Source: Craspedostauros australis
Lineage: Eukaryota
Reading direction: 5' to 3'
DNA: 64,000 nt
Assembly (NCBI GenBank): GCA_030167865.1
Contig: JALAGF010001205.1
Span: 62,001 to 126,000 of the forward strand
Shown: in pieces, positions 61,899 through 64,000 of the stretch
Layout: the number at the start of each line of letters is the position of its first letter
How positions within the stretch are numbered: position 1 is the first letter of the stretch
Position numbers and translations under genes: made by a program
The notes under the pieces: model-generated
Databases searched by the model: none
Seen by the model: the letters and a program-made list of their open reading frames with translations, nothing else
What the model was told of the DNA's origin: nothing

Positions 61899-63754
61899 AT
61901 GGCACCGTTTCGAAGAGGAAGGAGCGCAGCACCGTCAGACGCATCCGAGTCATCATCGTCAGCCGCGACGCCGTCCCCATCCCCACAGAAGGGACGCATG
62001 CAGTCCGCATGGGACAGACGCCAAAGACGGAAGGCGAAGAAGTCAACCTCCTCCTCAGCATCCGAGTCATCAGATTCCAACGCGCCCAAATCGAGACGAA
62101 AAGTCAAGCTTCCGGATGATGAATGCGATCCGTACGATTCCGACCCAGGCGAGTCCTACCGCGATCACTGCATGCGAGTCAAAGGCTTCAACACGAGGAG
62201 CTGCCTCGTCATGCCCAAGTTCCTCAGAGGCGCCAACGCCACCACCAGCAGCAAGGGTGGGGAGAGCGACACGGAGGCCACGACCCCACCATCGCCGCTG
62301 GCATCAGAAGCGGACGATTTCATGGGAAGCACGCCGGCTGCGCTCGCGAGGGACATCACCAGAGTGCGCTACTCGTTGAGAACATCGATCGGGGATGGCT
62401 CCGAGAAGCAGCCGGAGGGGCCCACGGTCATGGAACGCCGCCAGCTGCGGCCCAACAACATTCATATCAACGTCAGTCACTGGAGTGACACGGGCTGCAG
62501 GAATTACATGGAAGACAGGTGAGTGTATGCGTGTGCCACGTGCAACGTGCAATGTACCCATACGTACATACATATCCCGTTTCATATCTCTGCTGCCCAA
62601 GCGAAACCAATGTCAAACCAAGGTCGCTCTGGTTTAATCCCTCGTTGAATCAATCACTTGCTCTACTCTGCGTACTCTGCCCGTCAACGATCATCTCACA
62701 TGAACCATCCATCTACTCTTTTCTCCGCTCCACTCCACTCTGTCGGATTTTCTGCTCCAATCAACCATCACTGCGTCACTACACGATGATGCTACACAAC
62801 GCCATGCGATACCACACAACACCCATTCAACTCGTACACACTATACTCTACGCAGATATTCAATTGAGGACATGGGCGCTGTGCAGGTAGAGATCAGTCC
62901 TGTGGCTGTGCGCAACCCAACGGAGGCCGACGCAGGGGTGGAGGTCACCTTTGGCAACCGCAAGAACAGACGTCTCAAGATGCCGCTCACATGGGTCGGT
63001 GTCTACGATGGTCACGGGGGAGAGAAGGCGAGCCAGTACTGCGCGGACTGGCTGTCATCGTACGTGCGCAACGAGGAGGCGTATCCCTTCGATCTGGGCT
63101 ACGCCATGAAGAATGCATTCAACGCCATTGACGAAGACTTTGTCGCCACCGGCAATCCAGACGGCTCAACGTCGTGCGCCGTCACATTGGTGGGAGGCAG
63201 ACGGATCGTGTGCGCCAACGCGGGAGATTCCAGAGCCATCGTGGTGCGACGGGACGGAACCGTGGTCAGGCTCAGCCGAGATCACAAGCCCGGAATGCCA
63301 GACGAGACGAGGAGAATATCAGACCTGGGCGGTCGCGTCATCTATTGGGGTCGATGGCGCGTCGAGGGATTGCTGGCCGTGTCACGCAGCGTTGGCGATG
63401 CCTCGCTCAAACCCTACGTCACGGCAGAGCCAGAGGTCTGCGAGTACGACATCGGAAAGGATGATTGGTTCCTCATATTATCATCAGATGGTATCTGGGA
63501 TGTCATGGACAACGAAGAGGCGGCGCATGTCGTCATCGCATCATCGTGCGTCATGGAGGACGGCAAGCTGCAGATCGACACCAACCGGTTCAAGTGGGCA
63601 GCCAGAAATCTTTGTGAACATGCCAAGTAAGTCCATCAATCTCTCGCAAGCTATGCGCAACAAACACAGCACTACCCCGCATTTCAACTTGATTCGACTC
63701 ATCTCACACCCCTCGCCTTTCCATTCATTCTTGCGCTACTTCCATCACCCTTCC

Positions 63755-63785
<31 letters not shown>

Positions 63786-63890
63786 CGACAACACAGATCC
63801 TGCGGTTCAACAGACAACTTCTCTGTCATTGTGGTGGACCTCAAGAGCTGCGGTAACCCAGCCGCAAGATCTGGACGATACGAACCATGA
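61899..63890 (+). CDS. PP2C/PPM protein phosphatase, 3 exons (61899-62518, 62856-63626, 63797-63890), ~494 aa
   Basis: GCRNYMEDR, VGVYDGHGG, DGSTSC, ANAGDSRA, LSRDHKP, LAVSRSVGD, LILSSDGIWDV, GSTDNFSVIVVDL. Introns 62519-62855 and 63627-63796 are GT-AG and frame-preserving. Confidence 0.93.
63756..63785. repeat. (CAA)10 microsatellite next to a 3' splice site
   Basis: Read directly; ends 9 nt before the acceptor AG (63795-63796) of PP2C intron 2. Confidence 0.9.
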
Positions 63891-64000
63891 TGCTCGTAGA
63901 GTCGAGGAGAGGAGAGCATTCTCAAGACCTCCCACAAGCACCAGTGCGAGCACGCCAAGCCGTCACCCATACGCTGTCGTCCACGATTTTCATGACCATC

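Overview
Gene-dense, GC-rich eukaryotic nuclear DNA, most likely from a diatom (inference: a DUF6824/CRAL-TRIO-like gene, bipartite plastid presequences with an S/A-F cleavage site, a diatom-type sulfotransferase-like gene). I support 22 protein-coding genes, one truncated by the window start. Ten genes are spliced, through 12 GT-AG introns of 158-350 nt placed by reading-frame continuity. Recognisable products: INTS2-like, a ~2600-aa BAZ/MBD9-like chromatin protein, PRP6, EXS/ERD1, VPS33, TMEM70-like, a Shewanella-like phosphatase, IGPS-like, MCM6, an HRDMSLEN-type kinase, a double-length TyrRS, bL17, PAC3, a sirtuin, a plastid acyl-activating enzyme, DCTN3-like and PP2C. I found no tRNA, rRNA, CRISPR array or transposon. 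The most striking unexplained signal is intron architecture. All 12 introns end in an AG-free zone of 80-231 nt, and their best branch-point motifs lie about 75-195 nt upstream of the acceptor. This suggests distant branch points with first-AG scanning as the default splicing mode. Other leads are several probable pseudoenzyme or degenerate domains, near-strict alternation of gene strand, and TAGTA/GTAC clusters at gene 3' ends. All family calls come from motif recognition by eye; no database searches were run.
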